This document shows positions 9,558-19,618 of a stretch of 64,000 bases of DNA, piece after piece. The translations under genes and the position numbers were made by a program. Numbering within the stretch: the first letter of the stretch is position 1; every line of letters begins with the position of its first letter. The notes beneath the pieces were generated by a model. That model did not search any database and was not told the origin of the DNA. It saw nothing but the letters and a program-made list of their open reading frames with translations. Origin of the DNA: Desulfuromonadales bacterium (lineage in GTDB: Bacteria > Desulfobacterota > JAENJC01); the NCBI GenBank assembly GCA_919902985.1, contig CAKKSC010000022.1, forward strand, positions 3,436 to 67,435, written 5' to 3'.

Positions 9558-10435
9558 AATGAAGCAACTGAATTTGAGAGGGTGGAAAACTCGGACAGGG
9601 TCAGGGTTTCTCCCCTCCTTGAACCATCTATCCCTGCCCTCTTCAAGGCTGCCTCTACATCATTCTTTAGGAGGCTCAGGCCGGAACTTAGGGCATTCAG
9701 CAGAGTCTTTCTCCTCTGGCCAAAGGCGGCCTTTACCACCTTCAGCATAAGCTCCTCGTTATCTGTCTTTACAGACGGCTCTGCAAGCATTTCAAGCCTT
9801 ACAACGGCAGAATCAACCTTTGGAGGCGGTGTGAATGCGTGAGGTGAAACCTTGAAAAGGAGAGAGGGCACTGTGTAAAGCTGGGCAAAGACGGAGAGGA
9901 TGCCGTAGTCCTTTGTGCATGGTTTTGCTACAAGCCTGTCGGCAACCTCTTTCTGGAACATAAGGGTCATGGACGAGATGTATTCCTTGCCCTCAAGCAG
10001 CCTGAAGAGAACTGGAGTGGATATGTTGTAGGGAAGATTTGCCACAACCTTGATCTTCCTGCCGACCCTTTTATACAACCCGCCTATGTCAAATTTAAGG
10101 GCATCGGCATTTATAATCTCAACATTATTTTCTGAGAACTTCTCTGAAAGGATCGAACAAAGCTCCCGGTCCAGTTCAACGGCCATGACCCTCTCTGCTT
10201 TTTGAGAAAGCAGGGATGTCATATCTCCAAAGCCCGGCCCTATCTCAAGGACAATGTCATCCTTCGAGACTCCGGCCCCGTCAATGATCTTGCGGATTAT
10301 ATTCTGGTCTCTGAGGAAGTGCTGACCAAAACGCTTTTTAGAAACAAAGGATGAGGGATGAGGGATAAGGGATGAATCAAAACTTTTATTTACTTCAGCC
10401 CTCATCCTTCCGCCCTCGGCCTTGTCTTTTTTCAT
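9554..10435 (-). CDS. rsmA: 16S rRNA (adenine1518/1519-N6)-dimethyltransferase RsmA/KsgA with N-terminal insertion
   Basis: KKRFGQHFL start motif and LEIGPGFGDMT SAM motif. About 25 extra residues after MKKDKAEG are encoded by a palindromic DNA element. Confidence 0.85.
   Translation of the reverse strand: MKKDKAEGGRMRAEVNKSFDSSLIPHPSSFVSKKRFGQHFLRDQNIIRKIIDGAGVSKDDIVLEIGPGFGDMTSLLSQKAERVMAVELDRELCSILSEKFSENNVEIINADALKFDIGGLYKRVGRKIKVVANLPYNISTPVLFRLLEGKEYISSMTLMFQKEVADRLVAKPCTKDYGILSVFAQLYTVPSLLFKVSPHAFTPPPKVDSAVVRLEMLAEPSVKTDNEELMLKVVKAAFGQRRKTLLNALSSGLSLLKNDVEAALKRAGIDGSRRGETLTLSEFSTLSNSVASF
10349..10407. repeat. palindromic element embedded in-frame at the 5' end of rsmA
   Basis: GGATGAGGGATGAGGGATAAGGGATGAA ... 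TTCAGCCCTCATCC: arms GGATGAGGG / CCCTCATCC around an AT-rich loop. Confidence 0.5.
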
Positions 10436-10457
10436 CCTTCCTCCTTCATCCCTTTCA

Positions 10458-11978
10458 CTATATCCCTGTTATCTCGTACTGCTCCTGATGGAATGTGTTT
10501 CTGGCCTTTATGATGATCTTCTTTCCAAGCAAGGTCTCAAGCTCTTCAACGCTCTGGCTTTCCTCATCATATAAAATGTCTGCTATCTCCGGGTTCACTG
10601 AGATCATAATCTTGTCGCCGGGAAGTTCAATATTGTCACGCCTTATCGCCCTGAATATCCCGTAACAGACCGTGTTCTTTGACTTTATCCTTCCCCTTCC
10701 ATCGCAGTACGGGCATGGCTCGCAAAGGGCCTGGTTCAGGCTCTCCCTCACCCTCTTCCGGGTCATCTCAATCAGGCCAAATTCCGATATCTTCAATATG
10801 TTCGTCCTGGCCTTGTCCTTCTTCAGGGCCTCCATCAGGGCATTGTATACCTTTTCCCTGTTTGCGGGCTTGTCCATGTCTATGAAGTCTATGATTATTA
10901 TGCCGCCAAGGTTTCTAAGACGGAGCTGATAAGCCACCTCCTTGACCGCCTCCAGATTGGTCTTAAGCACCGTGTCTTCGAGCTTCTTTTTACCGGTATA
11001 CCTGCCTGTATTTACGTCAATGGCGGCCAGGGCCTCGGTCTGGTCAATGATTATGTACCCGCCGGACTTGAGCCAGACCCTTTTTCCCAGGGCCCTGCTT
11101 ATCTCAAGCTCTATCCCGAAGGCATCGAATATAGGCTCATTCCTGTCGAAAAGCTCTACATACCCGGAAAGCTTTGGCATGAAGGTATTCACAAACTCCA
11201 TGGCCTTCGCGTATTCCTTCGGGGAGTCTATGACCAGACGGGATATATCTGTGGAGAACATGTCCCTTATGACCCTCAGGGTAAGGTTCAGCTCCGAGTG
11301 GATTAACGATGGGGCAGGTGCGCTTTCCCTCTTTTTCTGAATGCTGTCCCACAGCTTGACAAGATAATCCATATCAGCCTTCAGGTCGTCTTCGCTCTTC
11401 CCCTCACTTACCGTCCTGACAATAAACCCGGTTCCAGGGGGCTTCATCCTGAGGAGGATCTCCTTCAACCTCTTCCTCTCCTTATCGTCCTCAATCCTCC
11501 TCGATACCCCCACATGGTCCACAGTTGGGGTAAAAACGAGGTGCCTTCCAGCCAGGGAGAGATGGGATGTTATCCTGGCTCCCTTGGCTCCGAGAGGCTC
11601 CTTTGATACCTGGACAAGTATCTCCTGCCCCTCTTTTAAAAGGTCCTCAATCGGAACAGACGAGGCAGATGTGAACCTGGCAGGGCCAAACTCAGATTCA
11701 AACTCTATCCCCTCGTCCCCATCTTTCATGAATACCTCGTATTCGTCCAGCTCTTCCCTTACGTCCGTGACATAGAGAAAGGCGGTCCTTTCAAGCCCGA
11801 TATCCACAAAGGCCGCCTGCATGCCTGGAAGTATCTTTACCACCTTCCCTTTGTAAATGTTACCAAATATGCCGAGGTCGCCGCTCCTCTCCACGAAAAG
11901 CTCGGAAACCACGCCGTTCTCGAGGAGGGCAACCCTTGTCTCATATGATGGCGCGTTTATTATCAGTTCATTTGACAT
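10458..11978 (-). CDS. rng: Rne/Rng-family ribonuclease (RNase G-like)
   Basis: S1 domain, DNase I-like catalytic region and Zn-link CPYCDGRG; 506 aa fits RNase G size. Confidence 0.85.
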   Translation of the reverse strand: MSNELIINAPSYETRVALLENGVVSELFVERSGDLGIFGNIYKGKVVKILPGMQAAFVDIGLERTAFLYVTDVREELDEYEVFMKDGDEGIEFESEFGPARFTSASSVPIEDLLKEGQEILVQVSKEPLGAKGARITSHLSLAGRHLVFTPTVDHVGVSRRIEDDKERKRLKEILLRMKPPGTGFIVRTVSEGKSEDDLKADMDYLVKLWDSIQKKRESAPAPSLIHSELNLTLRVIRDMFSTDISRLVIDSPKEYAKAMEFVNTFMPKLSGYVELFDRNEPIFDAFGIELEISRALGKRVWLKSGGYIIIDQTEALAAIDVNTGRYTGKKKLEDTVLKTNLEAVKEVAYQLRLRNLGGIIIIDFIDMDKPANREKVYNALMEALKKDKARTNILKISEFGLIEMTRKRVRESLNQALCEPCPYCDGRGRIKSKNTVCYGIFRAIRRDNIELPGDKIMISVNPEIADILYDEESQSVEELETLLGKKIIIKARNTFHQEQYEITGI

Positions 11979-12963
11979 CTATGCTCCTTAGAAACCCTGC
12001 GCTGTCCTCAGGCAGGGCCATATTTATATACATTCCGGTCCCCATCTCAAATCCAGATGTCTGGTAAACCCTTGGCACTATGCTCAGGTACCAGTGGAAG
12101 AATTCAACATTTCCAAAGACGGGCCTCATGGAACGTATTGTATAATTAAAATCAGGATTATCAAGACCGTAATATACCTTTCCCAGCGTGGTCTTTATAA
12201 TCCTGGCCAAATCATTTATCTCTTCGTCTGTTATCCCTGAAAAGGAGGGGTTGTGCCTTCTGGGGAATACCCACATATGAAAAGGAGAGAGGGCTGCATA
12301 GGGGATAAATGAAACGAAGTGCTCTGTCTCCATTATTATCCTTGTTCCTTCCTGCAACTCATCTTTCAGGGTCTTACACATGAGGCAGTCGCCGGTGTCA
12401 TCAAAAAAGCGAATCCCCTCATCCATCCTCATCCTGACCTGGATGGGTGTCACAGGCAACCCTACCAGCTGGGAGTGGGGGTGCTCGATAGACGTTCCCG
12501 CCCTTTCCCCCTGGTTTTTAAATATTATGACATGCTCCACCCTCGGGTCTTTGTAGGCCTCCACAAACCTCTCCCTGTATACCCTGAGGATGTCTTCCAC
12601 CTGGCTTAGGGGAAGGATGGCCGTGGTCATGTTGTGAAATGGAGTCTCGACAATGACCTCATGGATACCCACCCCGCTTAAATTCCTCTTAATGCCGCCA
12701 TTCCCCCGCATTCTTTCTCCTTCAAGGGAGAGGGCCGAAAATTTGTTAGGCATGACCCTGATCTTCCACGCCTTTTCGTCCTTAAGGGAGAATGTCTCAG
12801 GAGGCGTCCTTTTCTCATTCCCCGGGCAGAAGGGGCAAGTCTCGGAATAGAGCGGAAGCGCCGGCCTCTCGGATTTTACCCTGAAGTCCTCTGGCCTCTT
12901 GGCCCTTTCTTTGGCAATTATAACCCACTCACGAGTAATAAGGTTTAGCCGTAGTTCCTGCAT
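11968..12963 (-). CDS. galactose-1-phosphate uridylyltransferase-family (HIT-like GalT) protein
   Basis: CPFCPGNE zinc motif and HPHSQ active-site motif. Confidence 0.75.
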   Translation of the reverse strand: MQELRLNLITREWVIIAKERAKRPEDFRVKSERPALPLYSETCPFCPGNEKRTPPETFSLKDEKAWKIRVMPNKFSALSLEGERMRGNGGIKRNLSGVGIHEVIVETPFHNMTTAILPLSQVEDILRVYRERFVEAYKDPRVEHVIIFKNQGERAGTSIEHPHSQLVGLPVTPIQVRMRMDEGIRFFDDTGDCLMCKTLKDELQEGTRIIMETEHFVSFIPYAALSPFHMWVFPRRHNPSFSGITDEEINDLARIIKTTLGKVYYGLDNPDFNYTIRSMRPVFGNVEFFHWYLSIVPRVYQTSGFEMGTGMYINMALPEDSAGFLRSIDVK

Positions 12964-13004
12964 TCTAACCTCCTTCCTTGTAGGGGCGAGGCGTTGCCTC
13001 GCCC

Positions 13005-15566
13005 CTACAATAAATGTGTCCTTGTCTTCACGATCCTCAGCAGCCTTGTTTCTTCATCCCCAAGCCCGAAAAGGGCATGCATAAGCTCGCCCGGCTTTAT
13101 GCCTCCTTCCTTCCCGGTCTTTATGGTCATCTCTATTTTATTGTCCACGCTATCAAGCCTTTCAATCAGGGGCCTTATGTCATACTCCTTCCCTGTCCGT
13201 TCTTTTTTAAACAGAAACATCTCTTTTTCCATAAAAGACCGAAGTATTGCCCCATCCTCCAGTGGGCCGGGGACAGTCCCCATTCTACGACTACGCTCCG
13301 CTTCGTCCGTAAATAGGGACAGTCCCCTGTGTATCTCGTAATCCGCCTTTGTAACCGCAGACGTAACGGCAGGGGATGAGATTGGGACATCAATGGCCGT
13401 TTCTATTCTGATCCCTTCAGGAAGTTGCAGGTTAAGTCTGTCCCTTGCCTCGCCAGACGCCAGATATCCCTCTATCTCAATGTCGGCAAACTCCTCCAGA
13501 GATTCCATTCCAAGTGATATTGGAGGAGAGAAGGTGATCTTTGGCGCAGGGTGAAAACCGGCGGAATAACGAACAGGGATACCTGCCCTTCTGACTGCCC
13601 TTGCAAAGAGGCTCGACAGTTCCAGGTGCCCGAGGAACCTGGCGTCTCCCATCTTAGAGTATGTGAGGCGAATCCGGCGGACAGCGAGGGTTTGCGCTGG
13701 TTTAAGAAGCGGTCTCGGACGCCTCCTGACCTCACCTTCTCCAACCCTGTTTTTTATCGTCTGAAAATCGCACAGTCCGCACCCCGTGCAGTCGTCATAT
13801 CGGCAGTCTGGTGTGAATACTTCGTCAAGGCCCTTCTTCGCCTCAAGCTTAAGGTATTTCTTTGAAATGCCTGAATCTATATGGTCCCAGGGCAGGGTTT
13901 CCTCCATCCCCCTTTTCCTGAGGTAAAAGAGAGGGTCTATGCCGCAATCTTCAAATGCCTTCTGCCAGAGGTCAAACCTGAACACCTCCCCCCATCCGTC
14001 AAACCTGCACCCAAGCTCAAAGGCCATGGCTATACTCTTTGACAGCCTCCTGTCACCTCTGGCAAAGACCCCCTCCAGCTCACTCATGGCAGGTTCGTGC
14101 CATTTGAAGGTCACCCTGTTTTTCTTCAGCTCCATCCTGAGGAGGTCGTGCCTCCTCTTTGTCTCCTTAAGGCCTATCTGCTCTTCCCACTGGAAAGGGG
14201 TATGGGGCTTAGGCACGAAGGTTGCGACCGACGCGGTGACGTTTTTCCCTCCGGCCTTTCTGGCAATTTTTAGGGTCTTGCCGGAAAGTTCGGCAATAGC
14301 CATTAAATCTTCATCCGTCTCTGTCGGGAGGCCTATCATGAAATAGAGTTTTATGGTCTCCCATCCCGCCTCAAATACCTGCTGGACTGAGTTCAGGAGG
14401 TCAGCCTCCGTTATCCCCTTGTTTATCACATCCCTGAGCCTCTCACTACCGGCCTCAGGGGCCATGGTGAAACCGGTCTTCCTGACCCGACTTATCTCCG
14501 ATATCAGTTCAGGGCTCATAGTGTCAACACGCATGGAAGGCAGCGAGATGGCAATTTTTTCATCTGAATATCTGTCCATCAGATTGGCAAGCAGATCACT
14601 TATACAGGAATAGTCTCCAGTGGAAAGGGAGAGGAGGGTCAGGTCCTCATATCCGGTGGAACGTAACGCCTTCTCTGCTATCTCCTGAAGCTTTTCCGGA
14701 GTCCTCTCCCTCGTAGGTCTGTATATCATCCCGGCCTGGCAGAACCTGCACCCTCTGGTGCATCCGCGCGTTACCTCCAGTGTCACCCTGTCATGGACTA
14801 TAGCCATGAAAGGGACTATCGGCCTGTCTGGATATGGAACCGTGTTTAGGTCTGCGACTGTCCTCTTTTCGACCTTTGGATAGTCATCATATTGTGGCCT
14901 TATCTCCTTCATCGTCCCATCATTGTTATAAGAGACGTCAAAGAAAGACGGCACATAGATGCCCTTTATGCCTGTCAAGGCTCGAAGGAGGCCCAACTTC
15001 CCACCTTCGCATCCTCTCAACTTCCAACTCCTGTATGCTTCCGCTATCTCAGGGAATGCCTCTTCCCCGTCTCCTATCAGCGCAGCATCCAGAAAATCGG
15101 CTACAGGCTCCGGGTTGAAGACACATGGGCCCCCTGCAATAATCAGAGGGAAGGACTCATCCCTCTCTGATGCCCATATAGGGATACCGGCCAGGTCCAT
15201 CATATTCAGCATGTTGGTATGAGAGAGGTCGTACTGGATTGAAAAACCTATTATGTCGAACTCCAGAAGATGGAGGTTTGATTCCAGGGAAGAAAGTGGA
15301 AGGGACCTTTCTCTTAGAATTTTCTCCATATCGATCCAGGGGGCATATACCCTCTCTGCCGCGACTTCCGGGATTCTGTTCAATATGTGATAGAGGATAT
15401 GGAGTCCCTGATGCGACATCCCAACTTCATATACATCAGGAAATGCCAGGGCGATCTTGACGTCTACCTTATCGAGATCTTTGTGGATTGAGTTGACCTC
15501 TGTCCCAAGGTAGCGGCTCGGCTTGCTGACGAGAGGCAGGAGGTCTTTAAAAGACGGGTTGTCCAT
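13005..15566 (-). CDS. B12-binding radical SAM protein fused to DUF2344-like C-terminal domain
   Basis: CTRGCRFC (Cx3Cx2C) cluster motif; N-terminal B12-binding-like region; 853 aa. Confidence 0.85.
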   Translation of the reverse strand: MDNPSFKDLLPLVSKPSRYLGTEVNSIHKDLDKVDVKIALAFPDVYEVGMSHQGLHILYHILNRIPEVAAERVYAPWIDMEKILRERSLPLSSLESNLHLLEFDIIGFSIQYDLSHTNMLNMMDLAGIPIWASERDESFPLIIAGGPCVFNPEPVADFLDAALIGDGEEAFPEIAEAYRSWKLRGCEGGKLGLLRALTGIKGIYVPSFFDVSYNNDGTMKEIRPQYDDYPKVEKRTVADLNTVPYPDRPIVPFMAIVHDRVTLEVTRGCTRGCRFCQAGMIYRPTRERTPEKLQEIAEKALRSTGYEDLTLLSLSTGDYSCISDLLANLMDRYSDEKIAISLPSMRVDTMSPELISEISRVRKTGFTMAPEAGSERLRDVINKGITEADLLNSVQQVFEAGWETIKLYFMIGLPTETDEDLMAIAELSGKTLKIARKAGGKNVTASVATFVPKPHTPFQWEEQIGLKETKRRHDLLRMELKKNRVTFKWHEPAMSELEGVFARGDRRLSKSIAMAFELGCRFDGWGEVFRFDLWQKAFEDCGIDPLFYLRKRGMEETLPWDHIDSGISKKYLKLEAKKGLDEVFTPDCRYDDCTGCGLCDFQTIKNRVGEGEVRRRPRPLLKPAQTLAVRRIRLTYSKMGDARFLGHLELSSLFARAVRRAGIPVRYSAGFHPAPKITFSPPISLGMESLEEFADIEIEGYLASGEARDRLNLQLPEGIRIETAIDVPISSPAVTSAVTKADYEIHRGLSLFTDEAERSRRMGTVPGPLEDGAILRSFMEKEMFLFKKERTGKEYDIRPLIERLDSVDNKIEMTIKTGKEGGIKPGELMHALFGLGDEETRLLRIVKTRTHLL

Positions 15567-15618
15567 GCATTATTTGTATCATAAGGAGCCACCTGTGTCT
15601 ATTAAATCATTCCCTCTT

Positions 15619-15897
15619 TTACCTACGCCTCTTCTGCATCTCTTCTTTATGAAACTTCTGATACAGGACATCCCACTCCCTGCTTCCGGCAGGAATATTC
15701 CTGGAATACGAAGATATCTTGTTCCTGACAATCGTATCCACATCGTCCTCTACATTCAGATAGTTGGCGATAGATCTTTTTATCTCATCAACCACCTTGT
15801 GTTCCTCATCCTCGTCATAATCTATCAATTCATCCTTCCACAATCCGTCGGCCACCAGGTGGGAGATATGGCTTATCCTGTCTTCGCTTAGTTTCAT
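15619..15897 (-). CDS. small acidic protein, DUF507-like (paralog 2)
   Basis: 92 aa; overlaps the upstream paralog by ATGA; family assignment from memory, moderate confidence. Confidence 0.5.
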   Translation of the reverse strand: MKLSEDRISHISHLVADGLWKDELIDYDEDEEHKVVDEIKRSIANYLNVEDDVDTIVRNKISSYSRNIPAGSREWDVLYQKFHKEEMQKRRR

Positions 15898-16175
15898 ATG
15901 GTCAGGTCCCTCTCTTTTACAAGTTTTTCCTTTATCTTGTTGAACATCTTCATATACTCCAGTTTGCCGCCCTTGAAATCGGCTTCGTAGGTCTCAAGAA
16001 ACTTTTTGACCTCTCTGTCCAGTTCCTCCTCTACCATCAAATCTCTGGTAATTATCTCTACAATTCGATGCAGCACCTTGTCTTCCGGGGCATTGACGGT
16101 CACCATATCCATCCCCTTCAGCTTTTTCAGGATAACCCTTGAAACCTCTTCTGTCTGTAGCTTTGTAAGCCTCAT
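15894..16175 (-). CDS. small acidic protein, DUF507-like (paralog 1)
   Basis: 93 aa; translationally coupled with the downstream paralog. Confidence 0.5.
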   Translation of the reverse strand: MRLTKLQTEEVSRVILKKLKGMDMVTVNAPEDKVLHRIVEIITRDLMVEEELDREVKKFLETYEADFKGGKLEYMKMFNKIKEKLVKERDLTI

Positions 16176-16449
16176 TTACACCTCCGATCTGAATATTAGC
16201 CAATATGAAGATAGGTGTCAACATTATACTCTTTTGACCAAGTTGCTTTCAAACATCTTCTTATCGGATTAACGAAAGCTTACTTGGTATTTATACCCGG
16301 ATGGGTATTATGCCTGAGTATGCAAAATTTTAATTGAATGCGAATTGGTATTAGAGCTGACTTGCCTCAGATACAAAGGGGTAAAATTATCTTTTATCGC
16401 TATTCAATCGGTATTGCTATCAGAGAGGAAAAATGCTAAAAAGATAAAA

Positions 16450-17328
16450 ATGGAAAGGTATACAAAGTCCTTTATCGCCTCTGCGCTCATATATGCCATA
16501 ATAGGTTCTTTTTTAGGTATTTTATATCTCCTGACCTCCGAAGGATTCATATCTATTAACGGGGTATCGATATACCCTCTGATCGTGGCAACCGTTCATG
16601 CATTCCTGCTGGGTTTCTTTACAATGATGATCTTCGGGGTGACGTACCACATAATCCCTATGTTTACGGAAAAGGGGTTCTACAGCCCCGTCCTCGCGTA
16701 TACCCATCTCTTCCTCTCCAATCTGGGGGTCATAGGTATAATCACTTTCCTTTTGTTCTCCACCTATTACCCAACGGAGAGCCATCCCATGGCAAAAGGC
16801 GCTGCTGTTCTTGAGGCGGCCTCCCTCATAGTATTTATCTTCAATATGCTCCTGACCTTCATCAAAGGTATCCCGGGAACCGGCCCTCCCAATCCATTCG
16901 GGACGACAGACAAGGAGACAGACCTTGTGGCCACCCGTTATACCAGCGCCAGCATTATTTATTTCCTGATAGGTTGCGTCCTGGGGGCATGGATGTTCTT
17001 AAGCCCGGGGGATATCTATTTTATTATGCCGGTCCATGCCCATATCAATCTTGTGGGGTTTGTGTCTATGATGATATTCGGGGTTTCATACCACATGTTC
17101 CCGAGGTTCGCAGGTAGGCCTCTTCACAGCATCCCGATCGCAAGGCGCCAGTTTACGGTTCTCAATGTCGGGCTTATTGGGATGGTTCTCCTCTTTGCCT
17201 TTGCAGAGAGGGATGGAGCGATATACAGAGTTATCCTTCCTCTATTTGGGACAGCAACTTCAGTCTCCATCGGTCTTTATGTGTACAATGTCTGGAAGAC
17301 CTTAGGCGCTAATCACCCCTCAACTTAA
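16450..17328 (+). CDS. polytopic membrane protein with internally duplicated His motif
   Basis: ~8 TM helices; duplicated HAFLLGFFTMMIFGVTYHIIPMF / HAHINLVGFVSMMIFGVSYHMFPRF. Start taken at the internal ATG after AGAGAGG. Confidence 0.5.
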   Translation: MERYTKSFIASALIYAIIGSFLGILYLLTSEGFISINGVSIYPLIVATVHAFLLGFFTMMIFGVTYHIIPMFTEKGFYSPVLAYTHLFLSNLGVIGIITFLLFSTYYPTESHPMAKGAAVLEAASLIVFIFNMLLTFIKGIPGTGPPNPFGTTDKETDLVATRYTSASIIYFLIGCVLGAWMFLSPGDIYFIMPVHAHINLVGFVSMMIFGVSYHMFPRFAGRPLHSIPIARRQFTVLNVGLIGMVLLFAFAERDGAIYRVILPLFGTATSVSIGLYVYNVWKTLGANHPST

Positions 17329-17364
17329 TCCTTTCCCCTGAGGGCGAGGAAAGAGAGTATAAAA

Positions 17365-18747
17365 ATGGCTAAGATTTATGAATCGGATACCATCGCTGCC
17401 ATAGCCACTCCCATGGGGGAGGGGGGGATAGGTATTGTTCGACTGAGCGGCTCGCTTTGCCCCGAAATTGCCAGGAGGATATTAAAGAGGAAGGCTGACG
17501 GCCCATGGGAATCTCACAGGCTTTACTATGGTCACGTCATTGATCCTGAATCAGGCATGATTGTGGATGAGTCGTTATGCGTCCTGATGAAGGGACCTAA
17601 GAGCTATACAAGGGAGGATGTGCTGGAGATCCATTGCCACGGAGGATCACTGGCAACGGAGCTGGTTCTGGAACTTGTATTGAGGGAAGGGGCAAGGCTG
17701 GCCGAGCCGGGAGAGTTCACAAAAAGGGCATTCCTGAATGGCCGCATCGACCTTACCCAGGCAGAGGCCGTCATAGACCTGATCCGGGCAAAGACATCGG
17801 CAGGACAGGTTGCCGCCTCAGAACAGTTATCCGGACGCCTCTACAGTGAGCTCATGGAGGCAAAGAAGAACCTTTCGTCCGTTCTTACTCATCTTGAGGC
17901 ATACATAGACTTTCCTGAAGAGGACATCGAACTTTCTACCAAAGATGGGTTTATAAAAAACTTAACCGAAGTGGGCACACTGCTAAACAGGCTTGTATCA
18001 TCTTACGAAGAGGGGAGAATATACAGGGACGGTCTGACAACAGTGATTGTAGGCAGGCCTAATGTAGGTAAATCATCCCTTTTAAACCAGCTGCTTAAGG
18101 AAAAGAGAGCGATTGTGACCTCTGTGCCTGGTACTACAAGGGACGTGATTGAAGAGTATATGAATATCAGAGGTGTCCCATTGAGGCTTGCTGATACGGC
18201 GGGGATAAGGGAGACTGAGGACCTGGTGGAGATAGAAGGTGTCAAGCTTGCCAGGGAGACCTTAGGCAGGGCAGACATAGTCCTTTTCGTCCTGGACGGA
18301 AGCCAGCCTATTACAGATGATGACAGGCGTCTTGCCGGGATACTGAAAGAAAAAGCGGTCATCATGGTAATAAATAAGAGCGACCTGCCAAAGAGGGTGA
18401 CCAGAGAAGAGATAGGAGAATTGCTGATTGATAAGCCCGTTATCTATCTCTCGGCGGAAAATGGAGAAGGGATGGAAACCCTCCATGAGGCCATCTTCAA
18501 GGCTGCGGTTCATGGAAAGGAGGCATCAGGGGGGTTGATAATAACCAGGGCAAGGCACAGGGACATATTGCATAAAGGGATTGTAGCTGTGAATGCGTCC
18601 ATTCAGGGGATAATAGGAGATGCCTCCCCTGAGTTCATAAGTATTGATCTAAGGGCAGCCCTGAACTCCATAAGTGATATTGTAGGTGAGACAACTCCCG
18701 ATGATATCCTGGACAGGATATTCAGCGAATTCTGTATCGGTAAGTAG
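17365..18747 (+). CDS. mnmE: tRNA modification GTPase MnmE
   Basis: G-domain GRPNVGKSSLLN; ends with the C-I-G-K motif. Confidence 0.9.
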   Translation: MAKIYESDTIAAIATPMGEGGIGIVRLSGSLCPEIARRILKRKADGPWESHRLYYGHVIDPESGMIVDESLCVLMKGPKSYTREDVLEIHCHGGSLATELVLELVLREGARLAEPGEFTKRAFLNGRIDLTQAEAVIDLIRAKTSAGQVAASEQLSGRLYSELMEAKKNLSSVLTHLEAYIDFPEEDIELSTKDGFIKNLTEVGTLLNRLVSSYEEGRIYRDGLTTVIVGRPNVGKSSLLNQLLKEKRAIVTSVPGTTRDVIEEYMNIRGVPLRLADTAGIRETEDLVEIEGVKLARETLGRADIVLFVLDGSQPITDDDRRLAGILKEKAVIMVINKSDLPKRVTREEIGELLIDKPVIYLSAENGEGMETLHEAIFKAAVHGKEASGGLIITRARHRDILHKGIVAVNASIQGIIGDASPEFISIDLRAALNSISDIVGETTPDDILDRIFSEFCIGK

Positions 18748-18773
18748 CTACATCTGAGGGCTATCTATGCAAT

Positions 18774-18905
18774 TTATGAGGAATGGGCGACAAGCTTCAT
18801 CTCCTTCCCGCAACAAACCAGTGTCCCACCCCCTGCCTCCAGAACCTCTACCTTATTGCCGCATATCTCACAGTAATAGACCTCGCCTTTTTCCTTTGCT
18901 CCCAT
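18774..18905 (-). CDS. desulforedoxin (43 aa)
   Basis: Reverse-strand [43 protein letters not shown] matches the desulforedoxin CxxC...CC fold; AAGGAGAG RBS. Below the ORF-track size cutoff. Confidence 0.85.
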   Translation of the reverse strand: MGAKEKGEVYYCEICGNKVEVLEAGGGTLVCCGKEMKLVAHSS

Positions 18906-18967
18906 CCCCTTCTCTCCTTCTTGCTAAGTTTTAAAATATTACCCTAACAACAAATTACAGCTACCCT

Positions 18968-19609
18968 TTATTTACTTCCGTACCGATGCCGCAGGAACTC
19001 AATAACCCCTGGAAGGATCGAAACAAATATGATACCTGTTATGACAAGTGTAAAGTTGTGCTTGACGGCAGGAATATTGCCGAACATATACCCTCCAAAT
19101 ATGAAGACAGCTATCCAGGCCACCCCTCCAACGATGTTATAGTTTATGAAGTGCCAATATGACATGCTTCCTACTCCAGCCACAAACGGGGCAAAGGTAC
19201 GGATTATGGGCATGAATCTGGCTATAACTATGGTCTTCCCACCGTGCCTTTCATAGAACTGATGGGTTCGTTCAAGGTATTCCCTTTTAAAAAACCGTGA
19301 CCCGCTCTGCTGAAAGACCTTCGGCCCCATATAGTGCCCTATCCAGTAGTTCAAAGTATCACCTGCCACAGCCGCTATAGTGAGAAGTCCAAACAGCCAG
19401 AAAGGGTCGAGAAAACCCATGGCGGCAATTGCCCCTGCCGCAAAGAGGAGGGAGTCTCCTGGAAGGATGGGCATTATGACAAGCCCTGTCTCACAAAAGA
19501 TGATGAGAAAGAGGACCATGTATGTCCATGTTCCATAGCTCTGTATAATGGTATTCAGGTGCTTGTCGAGGTGCATGAATAGATCGATGAAGCCTGTCAA
19601 TAATTCCAT
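18968..19609 (-). CDS. DedA/SNARE-associated family membrane protein
   Basis: Characteristic DedA motifs (FCETGLVIMPILPGDSLLFAAG). Confidence 0.8.
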   Translation of the reverse strand: MELLTGFIDLFMHLDKHLNTIIQSYGTWTYMVLFLIIFCETGLVIMPILPGDSLLFAAGAIAAMGFLDPFWLFGLLTIAAVAGDTLNYWIGHYMGPKVFQQSGSRFFKREYLERTHQFYERHGGKTIVIARFMPIIRTFAPFVAGVGSMSYWHFINYNIVGGVAWIAVFIFGGYMFGNIPAVKHNFTLVITGIIFVSILPGVIEFLRHRYGSK

Positions 19610-19618
19610 TGCTCTCCT

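Noticed and set aside
12972-13004. Perfect 13-bp hairpin GTAGGGGCGAGGC-GTT-GCCTCGCCCCTAC as a terminator of the radical SAM gene
   Set aside because: No U-tract follows on the transcribed (minus) strand and the galT-like RBS follows immediately, so it is more likely an intercistronic stem-loop than a terminator.
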